64,000 nucleotides of DNA from Acidobacteria bacterium RIFCSPLOWO2_02_FULL_65_29 (GTDB lineage: Bacteria > Acidobacteriota > Vicinamibacteria > Vicinamibacterales > CAVVIG01). Below, piece after piece: positions 1 to 10,457 of this stretch. The stretch's first letter is position 1. Each line of letters starts with the position of its first letter. Below the pieces are notes generated by a model. It ran no database searches. It saw nothing but the letters and a program-made list of their open reading frames with translations, and was not told where the DNA came from. Location: the NCBI GenBank assembly GCA_001767435.1, contig MEKT01000147.1:25281-89280 (forward strand), given 5' to 3'. The position numbers were made by a program, and so were the translations under genes.

Positions 1-2
1 TC

Positions 3-164
3 GACCCCGAATTGCTTGAGATTCTGGCTTGTCCCAACTGCAAGACGCCGGTCACGCTCGTCAAGAACAACACGGCGCTCAAGTGTGCCACCTGCAAGCG
101 CGTCTACCCCATCAAGGACGACATCCCCGTCATGCTCATCGACGAGGCGACGATCGAGGACTGA
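3..164 (+). CDS. Trm112/YcaR-like small zinc-ribbon protein (UPF0434), 5' end outside window
   Basis: Frame-3 reading frame is open at the window edge and ends at TGA 162-164. Translation DPELLEILACPNCKTPVTLVKNNTALKCATCKRVYPIKDDIPVMLIDEATIED has the CPxC...CxxC pair and DDIPVML tail typical of this family. The family commonly sits next to LPS genes. Confidence 0.75.
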   Translation, partial: DPELLEILACPNCKTPVTLVKNNTALKCATCKRVYPIKDDIPVMLIDEATIED

Positions 165-180
165 GACGGCGAGACGGTGG

Positions 181-236
181 AATTTGAGGATTTGAAGATT
201 TGAGGATCTGAGGATCTTGCGAATCTGAGGATCTTG
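181..236 (+). repeat. Tandem octamer array, GAGGAT(T/C)T family, forward orientation
   Basis: Direct reading: aatttgagga tttgaaga tttgagga tctgagga tcttgcga atctgagga tcttg. Lower GC than surrounding sequence. Lies between the Trm112-like stop and the GT9 start. Confidence 0.85.
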
Positions 237-247
237 CGTCAGGGTTC

Positions 248-1441
248 ATGAGTCCCATCTCTACAAACCTATCTGCGGATGCTCAAATCGCTCCAATTCC
301 TCAAGTCGGTCCAAATTCTCAAGTCGCTCCAAATCCTCAAATCCTCACATTCTCAAATCCTCACATTCGGCTGCTCCTCATTCGTCTCCGCGAGATCGGC
401 GACGTCGTGTTCACCACACCGGCGGTTCGCGCGCTCGGACAACGGTTTCCCGACGCCCACATCAGCTACCTGGTCGAGCCAGCAGCCGCGCCGGTTGTGA
501 CGGGCCATCCGCACATCCATGACGTGATTGTCGCCCCGCGCGCGAAAGGCCTGCGCGCGCTGTGGACCGACATGACACTGGGACGGCGCCTGCACGCGAT
601 GGCCTACGACGTGGCCATTGATTTTCACGGCGGTCCGCGCGCGTCGCTCCTCACGTGGCTCAGCGGAGCCCCGGTGCGGATCGGTTATGACATCGCGGGA
701 CGGGCGTGGATGTACACGACACGCGTCGCGCGGCCGCGCGAGCTCAGGGCGCGACACTCGGTGGTGAACCAGTGGGATCTCCTCGCGCCGCTCGGCATCG
801 GCCCGCCCGATCCGGACACGTGCCCAGTCGAGATGCCGATCGACCCTGACACCGCGCGTCTGGTGGCCGATCGGCTGGCGCGGGCCGGGGCCGGTCCCGG
901 CGACGCGATCGTCGTCGTGCACGTCAGCGCCGGCAATCCCTTCCGGCGGTGGCCGATCGCCTCGTTCGCCGCGGTTGCCGCCGCGCTCGCGGCGAGCGAT
1001 GCCCGCCGCCGCGTCGTCATCACGTCGGGGCCTTCCGATCGCGACGCGGCCGCACGCGTGATGGCCGACGCCCGGACCCGGCTCGCAGCCGCTGAACAGG
1101 CACGCGTGCTCCAGTGCGGCGAATTCTCGTTGCCCGAGCTTCGAGCGCTGGTCGATCGCGCGGCGCTCTACATCGGCGGCGACAGCGGCCCCCTGCACAT
1201 TGCCGCGACGAGCCAGGTCGCCATCGTCGGGTTGTACGGCCCGACGCTGCCCGCGCGATCGGCGCCGTGGCGTGCGGCGCGCTGGCCTGCCGAGGCCGTC
1301 GAAACCTCCGGCCTCAGCTGCCGGCCGTGCAACCAGCGCACGTGCGAGCCCGGCGATTTCCGGTGCCTGACGCGCATCGAGCCGGCGCGCGTGGTCGAGG
1401 CGGCCAACCGCGCCCTGTCCCGATCCTCGCGACAGCACTGA
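248..1441 (+). CDS. Glycosyltransferase family 9 (ADP-heptose:LPS heptosyltransferase-like)
   Basis: ORF track 397 aa. Has the LLIRLREIGDVVFTTPAVRAL N-terminal core and the GGDSGPLHIAA C-terminal motif of GT9. The first ~40 codons translate the octamer repeat (QIAPIPQVGPNSQVAPNPQILTFSNPH). No other canonical in-frame start precedes the conserved core, so the true start is uncertain. Confidence 0.85.
   Translation: MSPISTNLSADAQIAPIPQVGPNSQVAPNPQILTFSNPHIRLLLIRLREIGDVVFTTPAVRALGQRFPDAHISYLVEPAAAPVVTGHPHIHDVIVAPRAKGLRALWTDMTLGRRLHAMAYDVAIDFHGGPRASLLTWLSGAPVRIGYDIAGRAWMYTTRVARPRELRARHSVVNQWDLLAPLGIGPPDPDTCPVEMPIDPDTARLVADRLARAGAGPGDAIVVVHVSAGNPFRRWPIASFAAVAAALAASDARRRVVITSGPSDRDAAARVMADARTRLAAAEQARVLQCGEFSLPELRALVDRAALYIGGDSGPLHIAATSQVAIVGLYGPTLPARSAPWRAARWPAEAVETSGLSCRPCNQRTCEPGDFRCLTRIEPARVVEAANRALSRSSRQH
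281..368 (+). repeat. Tandem 8-9 bp array, A(A/T)ATCCTC family (reverse complement of the 181-236 array)
   Basis: Reading: ctcaaatcg ctccaattc ctcaagtcg gtccaaatt ctcaagtcg ctccaaatc ctcaaatc ctcacatt ctcaaatc ctcacatt. Inverted relative to 181-236, so the two arms flank the ATG at 248. Confidence 0.85.
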
Positions 1442-1552
1442 ACCTCGCGACGGTACTGAACCTCGTTGTGGCACCGAACCTCGCGACGGCACCGAACCTC
1501 GTAATGGCACAGAACCTCGTGGTAGCACCGAACCTCGCGAGCCCAGAACCTG
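1440..1552 (+). repeat. 18-bp tandem repeat, about 6.5 copies (GAACCTCG core)
   Basis: GAACCTCG begins at 1440, 1458, 1476, 1494, 1512 and 1530 (exact 18-nt period), with a truncated copy at 1546. It fills the whole spacer between the GT9 stop (1441) and the next start (1568). Confidence 0.9.
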
Positions 1553-1567
1553 TAATAATGTCCTGAC

Positions 1568-2764
1568 ATGTCGAACGCCCAAGCCGCCGTCTCCGAGGCA
1601 TTGCCCGAGGTCGGCTCGTCTCCGCGGCTCGAGCAGGCGGGCCTGCTGGCGGTGTTTGGCGTGGCGGCGGCGCTTCAGTTTTCGATTGCGATTGCGCAGT
1701 CGCTGCTGGCGGTGGCCATCGCGTGCTGGATCGCGCTCCTCGTCGTGCGCCGCGAACGGATCGAAGTGCCGCGGTTTTTCTGGCCGCTGGCGCTATACGC
1801 GGCCGCCACGCTCGTCTCGGCCGCCTTTTCGCCGCAGCCCTGGGTGAGCGTGATCGACAGCCGGCAGCTCCTGTTGTTTCTGATCGTGCCGCTGGTTTTC
1901 CGGTTCATCCGAGGCGAGCGCGCGTCGACCGCCATCACCGTGATCGTCACGGCGGGTGCGATTAGCGCCGCCTACGGCATTTTTCAGTACGGCATTCTTC
2001 ATTACGACATCAATCATCGTGCCCGCGGCACGCTCGGCCACTACATGACGTTTTCCGGGCTGGTGATGATCGTGCTCGGTCTGGCGCTCGCGCGCCTCCT
2101 GTTTGGCCGGCGCGATCGGCTGTGGGCAGCGCTGGTGATGCCGGCGCTTGCCGTGGCCGTCTCGGTCACCTTCACGCGCAACACCGTCGTCGGCGCGTGC
2201 GTGGCGGCTGCCCTCCTGTTTTCGCTGAAGGATTTTCGCCTCTTCGCCGTTCTGCCCATCGCGGCGGCCGTGTTTGTGGCGGTGGCGCCCGCCGAGCTCA
2301 CGGCGCGCTTCACCTCGATCGCGAATCTGCAGGACCCGACCAACCGCGACCGTGTGGCGATGCTGCGCGAGGGCGCGCGGATGGTCCAGGCGCACCCCCT
2401 GGTCGGCGTGGGGCCGAACATGGTCGAACCGTTGTACGCGGATTATCGCGGCCCGGACGCCGTCGAGCCGATCAACCCCCACCTGCACAACGTGCCCATG
2501 CAGATTGCGGCCGAACGTGGGCTGCCTGCGCTGGCGATCTGGCTCGGATTCGTCGCGATCGTCCTCATCGACCTCGTGCGTGTCTTCCGTCGGGGCGGCG
2601 ACCAGATGCTCGCAGCCGCCGCACTCGCCGCCATGGCGTCGGCGCTGGCGGCGGGCCTCTTTGAATACAACTTCGGCGACTCTGAATTCCTGATGATGCT
2701 GCTGCTCGTGATCACGCTGCCGTTCGGGGCGGCGCGTCCGTCCACGGCGGCACTGCGTTCATGA
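1568..2764 (+). CDS. O-antigen ligase / O-antigen polymerase family membrane protein (Wzy_C-like)
   Basis: ORF track 398 aa, polytopic hydrophobic profile. The loop ...INPHLHNVPMQIAAERGLPALAIW... resembles the WaaL/Wzy_C signature. Sits in an LPS-core gene context. Confidence 0.7.
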   Translation: MSNAQAAVSEALPEVGSSPRLEQAGLLAVFGVAAALQFSIAIAQSLLAVAIACWIALLVVRRERIEVPRFFWPLALYAAATLVSAAFSPQPWVSVIDSRQLLLFLIVPLVFRFIRGERASTAITVIVTAGAISAAYGIFQYGILHYDINHRARGTLGHYMTFSGLVMIVLGLALARLLFGRRDRLWAALVMPALAVAVSVTFTRNTVVGACVAAALLFSLKDFRLFAVLPIAAAVFVAVAPAELTARFTSIANLQDPTNRDRVAMLREGARMVQAHPLVGVGPNMVEPLYADYRGPDAVEPINPHLHNVPMQIAAERGLPALAIWLGFVAIVLIDLVRVFRRGGDQMLAAAALAAMASALAAGLFEYNFGDSEFLMMLLLVITLPFGAARPSTAALRS

Positions 2765-3756
2765 CCCTCCCGCCGCTGGACATGCAGCGGGCCCGCGAGC
2801 TCGCCGGGCGCATGACAGGCGTGCCGGTGCTCGTGGTCGGCGACGTGATGGTCGATCGCTTCATCGTCGGCAGGGTCTCGCGCATCTCGCCAGAAGCGCC
2901 AGTGCCCGTCGTCCGCTTCGCGCACGAGTACTCGCGCCTCGGCGGAGCGGCCAATGTCGCACACAACTTGGCGACGCTCGGCGCCCGCGTCTCGCTCGTC
3001 GGCCTCGTGGGGGTGGACGAGGCGGCGAAACGATTCGGCGCCTCTCTCGCACTGTCGAAAATCCCGAGCCTGGGACTCGTCGAAGACGCGAGCCGGCCGA
3101 CCGTCGAGAAGGTCCGCGTCGTCACCGAGCGCAACCAGCAGGTCGCGCGTATCGATTACGAGGAAGACGTCGACGTCTCGCCCGATGTCGAGCTGAAGCT
3201 CGTCGATCGCATCGAGAACCTCGGCGCCCAGGCCAAAGTGGTCCTCGTGTCGGACTACCTGAAGGGCGTCGTCACGGGCGGCGTCATGCGCGCGCTGCTC
3301 GCGCTGAAATCCGCGTTTGGCGCCCCTCTCCTCATCGATCCGAAAATTCCCCATCTCGAGTGTTACGCCGGCGCCACGCTCGTCACGCCAAACAATCACG
3401 AGACCGAGACGGCCACCGGCCGGCGGATCCGCACCGACGAGGAGGCGCGAACGGCGGCGCTCGACTTCAGAACGCGCGCGCAGTGCGAGGCGGTGCTCAT
3501 CACCCGCGGCGAGCATGGCATGTGGCTGTCGAGCCGCGAGGCCGAAGGCGCGATCCCTGCCGTCGCCCGCGAGGTCTCCGACGTCACCGGGGCCGGCGAT
3601 ACCGTGGTGGCGACGCTGGCGCTGGCGCTGGCGGCCGGCGGCACCCTGGTCGAAGCCGCCGTGCTCGCCAACCATGCCGCCGGCATCGTCGTCGGCAAGT
3701 TTGGGCCGTCGGCGACGACGGCTGAAGAGATCCTCGCATCGCTGCCCTCTCGGTGA
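2761..3756 (+). CDS. hldA: D-glycero-beta-D-manno-heptose-7-phosphate kinase (RfaE/HldE domain I type, kinase only)
   Basis: 331 aa PfkB-type sugar kinase. Motifs GGAANVAHNLATLG, VTPNNHE and DVTGAGDTVVATLALALAAG. Overlaps the upstream stop by 4 nt. Neighbours are a heptosyltransferase, and gmhA occurs elsewhere in the window. Confidence 0.8.
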   Translation: MTLPPLDMQRARELAGRMTGVPVLVVGDVMVDRFIVGRVSRISPEAPVPVVRFAHEYSRLGGAANVAHNLATLGARVSLVGLVGVDEAAKRFGASLALSKIPSLGLVEDASRPTVEKVRVVTERNQQVARIDYEEDVDVSPDVELKLVDRIENLGAQAKVVLVSDYLKGVVTGGVMRALLALKSAFGAPLLIDPKIPHLECYAGATLVTPNNHETETATGRRIRTDEEARTAALDFRTRAQCEAVLITRGEHGMWLSSREAEGAIPAVAREVSDVTGAGDTVVATLALALAAGGTLVEAAVLANHAAGIVVGKFGPSATTAEEILASLPSR

Positions 3757-4169
3757 TCCGGGCGCTCATCTTCCTCGGGCTGTTCTCGGCCGCGATGGTG
3801 GGCGCGATGGTCCGGTTCAACGAGGCGCTCGTCCTCGACGATTCCAAGCGAGCCGAGCATCGAACGCTCTGGGGCGTTCTCTACGTTGGCCTCTGGATCG
3901 GTGTGAGCTACGCCCTCTGGGACGTGATTCGCCACGAGCGAGCGCTGACGACCGCCGATTGGGCGGCCCTGGCTCTGGCGCCGGTAGGCTGGCTGACCTT
4001 CAACGCGTTCTGGCTGGCCGCATGGGGCGCAATCGAAGAGCGAAACGCCCAGCGCAGGGGCGCCGAACCGCCCCCCCGCGCCGTGCTGATCAAGCGCCGT
4101 GGATGGCGGCTCACGATCGCCGGTCTCGCCATCGTGCTGGTGCTGGTCATCATCCTGGGCGCGACCTAG
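3753..4169 (+). CDS. Hypothetical membrane protein
   Basis: 138 aa with 3-4 hydrophobic helices. Start overlaps the hldA stop (GTGA), suggesting translational coupling. No recognisable family. Confidence 0.45.
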   Translation: MIRALIFLGLFSAAMVGAMVRFNEALVLDDSKRAEHRTLWGVLYVGLWIGVSYALWDVIRHERALTTADWAALALAPVGWLTFNAFWLAAWGAIEERNAQRRGAEPPPRAVLIKRRGWRLTIAGLAIVLVLVIILGAT

Positions 4170-4184
4170 CCAGTCAGTGGCCCA

Positions 4185-5807
4185 CTAGTGTCTGAAATGC
4201 CGCCGCCCGGTGAAGACCATCGCGAGGCCGTGCTCGTCGGCGGCGGCGATCACCTCGGCGTCCCGCACCGATCCACCCGGCTGCACGACGGCTGTGGCGC
4301 CAGCGGCGGCCACCGCGTCGAGGCCGTCGCGAAACGGGAAGAACGCGTCCGACGCCGCGACCGATCCGTCGAGCGATCGCCCGGCGGCTTTCGCCTTCAT
4401 GACGGCCACGTTCACCGCGTCCACACGACTCATCTGACCGGCGCCGATCGCGAGCGTACGCGTCGCGTCCGCGAAGATCACCGTGTTGGATTTCACGTGC
4501 GCCGAGATCCGCCAGGCAAAGCGCAGCGCCTCCCATTCCTCGAGCGTGGGCTGTCGCTCGGTGACCACCCGCACACCCGCTGGCCGTGAACCCTCGGTCC
4601 ACGCACTCCGAGCCTCGACCACCCGGTCGCGCTCCTGGACGAGCATTCCGGCCAGTGTCGAACGCAGCTCCTGGCCGGCGCGGCCACGCGCATCGGTCGC
4701 GAGCGTCGCGAAATCGGCCGTCACCACGCGCATGTTCGCCTTCCGAGCCAGCACGGGCTTGGCCGCCTCGTCGACCGATGGCGCGAGGATCGCCTCGATG
4801 AACGTGGAGGTCACCGCCTCGGCGGTCGCGACGTCGACGGCCCGGTTGACGGCCACGACGCCGCCAAACGCCGCGAGGCTGTCGGCCTCGCGTGCGCGCA
4901 CGTAGGCGTCAGCGGCGGACCGACCGGTGGCGGCACCGCACGGGTTCGTGTGCTTGACGACGACAGCAGCCGGCTCGGAGAACTCGAGCGTGATTCGCGC
5001 GGCCGCGTCGAGGTCGATCAGGTTCGTGTACGACAGCTCCTTGCCTTGCACCACCTCCCATGGCCTGAACGTCTCGAGAAACCCCTCGTAGAGTGCCGCC
5101 TTCTGGTGCGGGTTCTCGCCGTAGCGGAGGTCGCGCTGCTTCGTCAGGCGGAATGACAGGCCCGACGGCAGCGGCGCCTCGCCCTCCTTGGGGCTCGGCG
5201 CGATCTGACCGTTCTCGACGACACAATCCCTGAGCTTCGAGGCAATGTCCACGTCGTACTTCCCGGTGTGCTCGATGGCCTCCAGGGCCAGAGAGAAGCG
5301 AAAGTCGAGCGTCGCGCCCCCCTCGCGATCGAGCTCGATCAGCAGATCGGCGTAGCGACGCGGATCGACGACGACGAGCACATCGCGAAAGTTCTTGGCC
5401 GCCGCGCGGACCATGCTCGGACCGCCGATGTCGATCTGCTCGACCAGGTCGTCGAACGTCACGCCGGGCTTCCTCGCCGTCTCCGCGAACGGATACAGGT
5501 TGACGATGACGACGTCGATGAGGCCGATGCCGTGCGCCGCGGCCGCCGCGAGGTCGTCGGGATGGTCGCGCCGCGCCAGAATCCCGCCGTGGATCCTCGG
5601 GTGGAGGGTCTTCACCCGGCCGTCCATCATTTCCGGGAAACCGGTGACGCTCGACACAGTGGTCACGGCCAGGCCGGCCTCGGCCAGCGCGCGCGCCGTG
5701 CCCCCGGTCGACACCAGCTCGAAGCCACGGGCGGCGAGGTCGCGACCGAGGGCGGCGAGACCGGTCTTGTCGGAGACGCTCAGAAGGGCTCTTGGCATAA
5801 GGGACAA
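4185..5807 (-). CDS. purH: Bifunctional AICAR transformylase / IMP cyclohydrolase
   Basis: Translation ...[38 protein letters not shown]... through ...[10 protein letters not shown] is a full-length PurH signature. The ORF-track start at 5807 is TTG. The ATG at 5798 (MPRALL) is an equally plausible start. Confidence 0.95.
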   Translation of the reverse strand: MSLMPRALLSVSDKTGLAALGRDLAARGFELVSTGGTARALAEAGLAVTTVSSVTGFPEMMDGRVKTLHPRIHGGILARRDHPDDLAAAAAHGIGLIDVVIVNLYPFAETARKPGVTFDDLVEQIDIGGPSMVRAAAKNFRDVLVVVDPRRYADLLIELDREGGATLDFRFSLALEAIEHTGKYDVDIASKLRDCVVENGQIAPSPKEGEAPLPSGLSFRLTKQRDLRYGENPHQKAALYEGFLETFRPWEVVQGKELSYTNLIDLDAAARITLEFSEPAAVVVKHTNPCGAATGRSAADAYVRAREADSLAAFGGVVAVNRAVDVATAEAVTSTFIEAILAPSVDEAAKPVLARKANMRVVTADFATLATDARGRAGQELRSTLAGMLVQERDRVVEARSAWTEGSRPAGVRVVTERQPTLEEWEALRFAWRISAHVKSNTVIFADATRTLAIGAGQMSRVDAVNVAVMKAKAAGRSLDGSVAASDAFFPFRDGLDAVAAAGATAVVQPGGSVRDAEVIAAADEHGLAMVFTGRRHFRH

Positions 5808-5859
5808 AGTTCAGTATTATGACTGATGACGCCGGGCGGGCCTGGCGCCGTAAGGGAAA

Positions 5860-5887
5860 GGCCGCACAGTCTGCGGCCTTTTTTTTT
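5860..5887 (+). terminator. Intrinsic-terminator-like hairpin with a T9 tract (orphan)
   Basis: ggccgca-cagtc-tgcggcc stem-loop followed by nine T (5879-5887). It lies in the divergent purH/cspA spacer with no upstream plus-strand gene to terminate. Confidence 0.5.
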
Positions 5888-5888
5888 G

Positions 5889-5919
5889 CCCCGGCGGATG
5901 GACCGCCCGGGGTTGGTTT
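5889..5919. other. Second GC hairpin in the purH-cspA spacer
   Basis: ccccggcgg-atgga-ccgcccgggg followed by ttggttt. On the minus strand it reads ccccgggcggtccatCCGCCGGGGCA. Confidence 0.4.
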
Positions 5920-5965
5920 ACTGACGCGAGCGAGACGCCCGCGTCACAGCAAGTAGGGAAGAACG

Positions 5966-6169
5966 ATGCGCATCACAGGCAAGGTCAAGTGGTTCAACAA
6001 CGCGAAGGGGTACGGGTTCATCGAGCGTGACGGAGGCAGTGACGTCTTCGTGCACTACTCGGCGATTCAGGGCGACGGATTCCGGTCGCTCGAGGAAGGA
6101 CAGGCGGTCGAGTTCGAAATCGTTGACGGCCCGAAAGGCCCGCAGGCCGGCAACGTCACCAAAATCTAA
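5966..6169 (+). CDS. cspA: Cold-shock protein, CspA family
   Basis: 67 aa, [64 protein letters not shown], with RNP1 (KGYGFI) and RNP2 (VFVHY) motifs. Confidence 0.95.
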   Translation: MRITGKVKWFNNAKGYGFIERDGGSDVFVHYSAIQGDGFRSLEEGQAVEFEIVDGPKGPQAGNVTKI

Positions 6170-6186
6170 CTCAGCATCCTACCGAG

Positions 6187-6211
6187 CCGGGCGCCCTCAA
6201 TGGGTGCCCGG
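6187..6211. terminator. Shared hairpin between convergent cspA and the 6270-6860 gene
   Basis: ccgggcgccc-tcaat-gggtgcccgg, a 10-bp stem with one mismatch. It is flanked by ttcaaaaac on plus and gttttt on minus, so it is not a classic U-tract terminator. Confidence 0.4.
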
Positions 6212-6229
6212 TTCAAAAACAGCCGTCAG

Positions 6230-6256
6230 CCCTTTGCCCTTTGCCCTTTGCCTTTC
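6230..6256 (+). repeat. Heptamer array CCCTTTG x3 (+1 degenerate)
   Basis: Direct reading: ccctttg ccctttg ccctttg cctttc. Confidence 0.7.
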
Positions 6257-6269
6257 TTCCTTCGACCCT

Positions 6270-6860
6270 CTAGCCCTCTTCCCCGCCGCCCTTGGTGGCC
6301 CGCGCCGTGAAATTGATTTTTCCGTCCTTCACCGCGACCCGGAACGCCACCTCGCTGTGGCCCTCTGAGGTCAACTTCTTCACTTGCGTCTTCACGAGGT
6401 CGGCGAACTTGTGGAAGGGCACGGCCTCCTCGCCAATCTCGCGCCGGGCTTCGACGAGCGAGTTGTACAAGTCGTGCAGCTTGCCCATTTCCTTCAGCGG
6501 ATCCTTGAACGCGGCCACGTGCATGACCTTGTCGTCGGGCCGCTTCGCGGCGGCCTGATCCTTCGGTTTCTGGGCAAACGGGCCGGTCGCCCGCCCTTCC
6601 TCGCGCGCGCGCAGGCCCTTGTCCCACAAGTCGATGAACGCCTGGTACCGCGACTGCAGCGAGCTGAAGCGGAAACGATCGCCGTAGTTCTGGATGTAGG
6701 CGCGGTCGTACTGCTTGACCATGGCCTCGACGCGGCTGCGGGTTTCCCACGGCGGCTTGGGCAGCCGGCCGGCGAAAAACATGTTGTACTCGGCCTCGAG
6801 CTGCTTGATCGCCGCCTCGAGCCGCTGCATGTCCCGTTCGGTTTCTCTGATAGGAGGCAC
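6270..6860 (-). CDS. Conserved hypothetical protein
   Basis: 196 aa, MPPIRETERDMQRLEAAIKQLEAEYNMFFAGRLPKPPWETRSRVEAMVKQYDRAY... Protein-like composition and co-directional with the nuo operon tail. I cannot place the family with confidence. Confidence 0.6.
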   Translation of the reverse strand: MPPIRETERDMQRLEAAIKQLEAEYNMFFAGRLPKPPWETRSRVEAMVKQYDRAYIQNYGDRFRFSSLQSRYQAFIDLWDKGLRAREEGRATGPFAQKPKDQAAAKRPDDKVMHVAAFKDPLKEMGKLHDLYNSLVEARREIGEEAVPFHKFADLVKTQVKKLTSEGHSEVAFRVAVKDGKINFTARATKGGGEEG

Positions 6861-6875
6861 GGTAGGGCCCTTAGC

Positions 6876-7289
6876 TCACCGCGGAAGCAGAAACCACACC
6901 AGCGGGAGCCACAACTCCCGGGCGTACGGCACTGGACGATCGTCGATCAGCACTTCAGTCTCGTCCGACGGCCCGACAATCTGAAACAGATCCCGTAGTG
7001 TCGCCGCCTCGCTCGACCAGAACCTGGCGCGGTACCGGCGGTTCACGCCCGATCCCGTCTCACGGAATTCCGCCGACCCGCGGGCCAGCGCCAGCGCGCG
7101 ATCGAACTCGGGCACCTCGAGCGCTGGAAACACCAGCGTAATCGAGAAGGGCCGCGGCCGCGCCCCGAACAGCGCCTCGTGCAGGTCCGGATCGATCGCC
7201 GCCAACTCCTCGTCGGTCGGCTGCTCGGGCAAATCCGCGTACGGCCAGAACCGCTCCAACGGCCGATATTTTGGAGGATCCTGGGCCAT
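6876..7289 (-). CDS. Hypothetical protein
   Basis: The ORF track 6876..7601 is trimmed to the internal ATG (MAQDPPKYRPLERFWPYADL...). The upstream 104 codons are translated octamer repeat (SSNPQILKSSNPQILK) plus the nuoN 3' region. Confidence 0.55.
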   Translation of the reverse strand: MAQDPPKYRPLERFWPYADLPEQPTDEELAAIDPDLHEALFGARPRPFSITLVFPALEVPEFDRALALARGSAEFRETGSGVNRRYRARFWSSEAATLRDLFQIVGPSDETEVLIDDRPVPYARELWLPLVWFLLPR

Positions 7290-7310
7290 CAAGGCCCCAA
7301 TGATATTGCA

Positions 7311-7406
7311 GAATTTGAGGATTTGAGGATTTGAGGATTTGAGGATTTGAGGATTTGAGGAATGGAGGATTTGAGGAATGGAGGAATGGAGGATTTGAGG
7401 AATGGA
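7311..7406 (+). repeat. Tandem octamer array GAGGATTT / GAGGAATG, about 12 units
   Basis: Direct reading: gaatttgagg atttgagg atttgagg atttgagg atttgagg aatggagg atttgagg aatggagg aatggagg atttgagg aatggagg atttgg. Spacer between the nuoN stop and the next gene. Confidence 0.95.
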
Positions 7407-7494
7407 GGATTTGGCGAGGCGAGAAGTTCCACAAGCGGCCTGAGCACCCGTGGGCTGGCCTCGGACAGGACCCGCGCCGGTTGTGAAACCGGCT

Positions 7495-8914
7495 CTAGAA
7501 AATCGTGCTGATCGACGCGGCGGCCCAGTCGAGGACGCGAGCGGGCAGTAGGCCAAGATAGAGCACGGCGAGCGCCGACGCCACCAGTGCCGCGCCCGCA
7601 ATCGCCGGCACCGCCGGGGCGTCTGATGACCGACCCGCCGGCGTCATGTACATCATCACCACGACCCGGAGATAGAAGAAGACCGCGACCACGCTCGTCA
7701 GCACGCCCACGATGGCTAGAGTGGTCTCGCCCGCCTTCACGGCGGCGCTGAACACGTACCATTTGGCGACGAAGCCGCCGAACGGCGGGAACCCACCGAG
7801 CGACAGGAGGAACATCGTCATCAACGCAGCCAGGGCGGGACGCGCGGTCCACAGTCCGGCGTAGTCGGACATCTGATCGAAGGGCCGCTCGGCCGTCTCG
7901 AGCAGCGCGATCACGCCGAAGGCGCCGAGGTTGGTCACCGCGTACGTGAGCAGGTAGAAGAGCATCGCGCCCTTGCCGAGGTCGTTGGCGGACACGAGCG
8001 CGACGAGCAGGTACCCGGCATGGGCGATGCTCGAGTACGCGAGCATGCGCTTGACGTTCGTCTGCGCGATGCCCACGACGGCTCCGCCCACCATCGTCGC
8101 CAACGCAATGGTCCACACGAGCGGACGCCAGTAGGGATGGAGCGGCTCGAATGTCGACAGAAACACGCGCGCGAACGCGGCAAACGCGGCGGCCTTCACG
8201 CCGGTCGACATGAACGCGGTGACCGCGGTCGGCGCACCCTCGTACGCATCGGGCGTCCACATATGAAACGGAATGGCCGACACCTTGAACGCGAAGCCGA
8301 CCAGCAGCAGTCCCACCGCGACGAGCTGCAGCGGCGCGGGCGACATCGCCTGGCCGGCCATGAGCGTGCCGATCCGGTCAAGCCGCGTGGTGCCGGTCAG
8401 ACCGTACGTGAAGGCGATCCCGTACAGAAAGAAGGCGCTGGAGAACGCACCGAGAATGAAGTACTTGAGCGCGCCTTCGACCGCGGCCGGCGAGTCGCGC
8501 CGAATGCCGGTCAACACGTACACGGCCAGCGACAGGACCTCGAGCGCCAGGAAGATCAGCAGCAGGTCGGTGGCCGTCGCCATCAGCATCATGCCGGCCA
8601 GGGCAAAGAGCATGAGCGCGTAGTACTCGCCACGCGGCAGGCCCAGGCGTTCGATGCCCGGCGCCGAAAGGGCCAGCGAGAGGATACCGACGACCACGAG
8701 GACGAGTGTGATGAACAGACCGAAGTTGTCGGCAACGACCAGGCTGAAGCTCGTCGCGTTGTGGTTCCACAGTCCCAGCGACGCCGCGGCGGCGCCCGCC
8801 AGACCAATCGCGCCGAGCGGACCGATGGGCATTCGCTCGCCAGGCGCGCGAAGCGCTTCGGCCACCATCGCCGCGACGCCCGCGGCGGCCACGCAGGCCA
8901 TGGGGACGATGGCA

Positions 8915-8931
<17 letters not shown>
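7495..8931 (-). CDS. nuoN: NADH-quinone oxidoreductase subunit N
   Basis: 478 aa polytopic antiporter-like subunit, last in the nuo gene order. Overlaps the nuoM stop by 17 nt. Confidence 0.9.
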
Positions 8932-10447
<1,516 letters not shown>

Positions 10448-10457
10448 CGAAGCCTCA

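Noticed and set aside
353-1582. 409-aa minus-strand ORF antisense to the GT9 gene
   Set aside because: Arg/Gly/Pro-rich shadow ORF typical of high-GC DNA. Its N-terminal SVPSRGSVPQRG repeats are just the translated 18-bp repeat. The plus-strand frame has clear GT9 motifs.
5808-5965. Calling a ZTP (pfl) riboswitch as an annotated feature upstream of purH
   Set aside because: Only the 3' CCGCCGGGGCA-like element is recognisable and I could not find the 5' sub-domain. It is kept as a low-confidence finding to test with cmsearch, not as a feature.
7311-7406. Possibility that the tandem arrays are CRISPR arrays
   Set aside because: The units are 7-9 bp (one is 18 bp) and directly abutting, with no unique spacers of 25-40 bp. 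No cas genes are present in the window.
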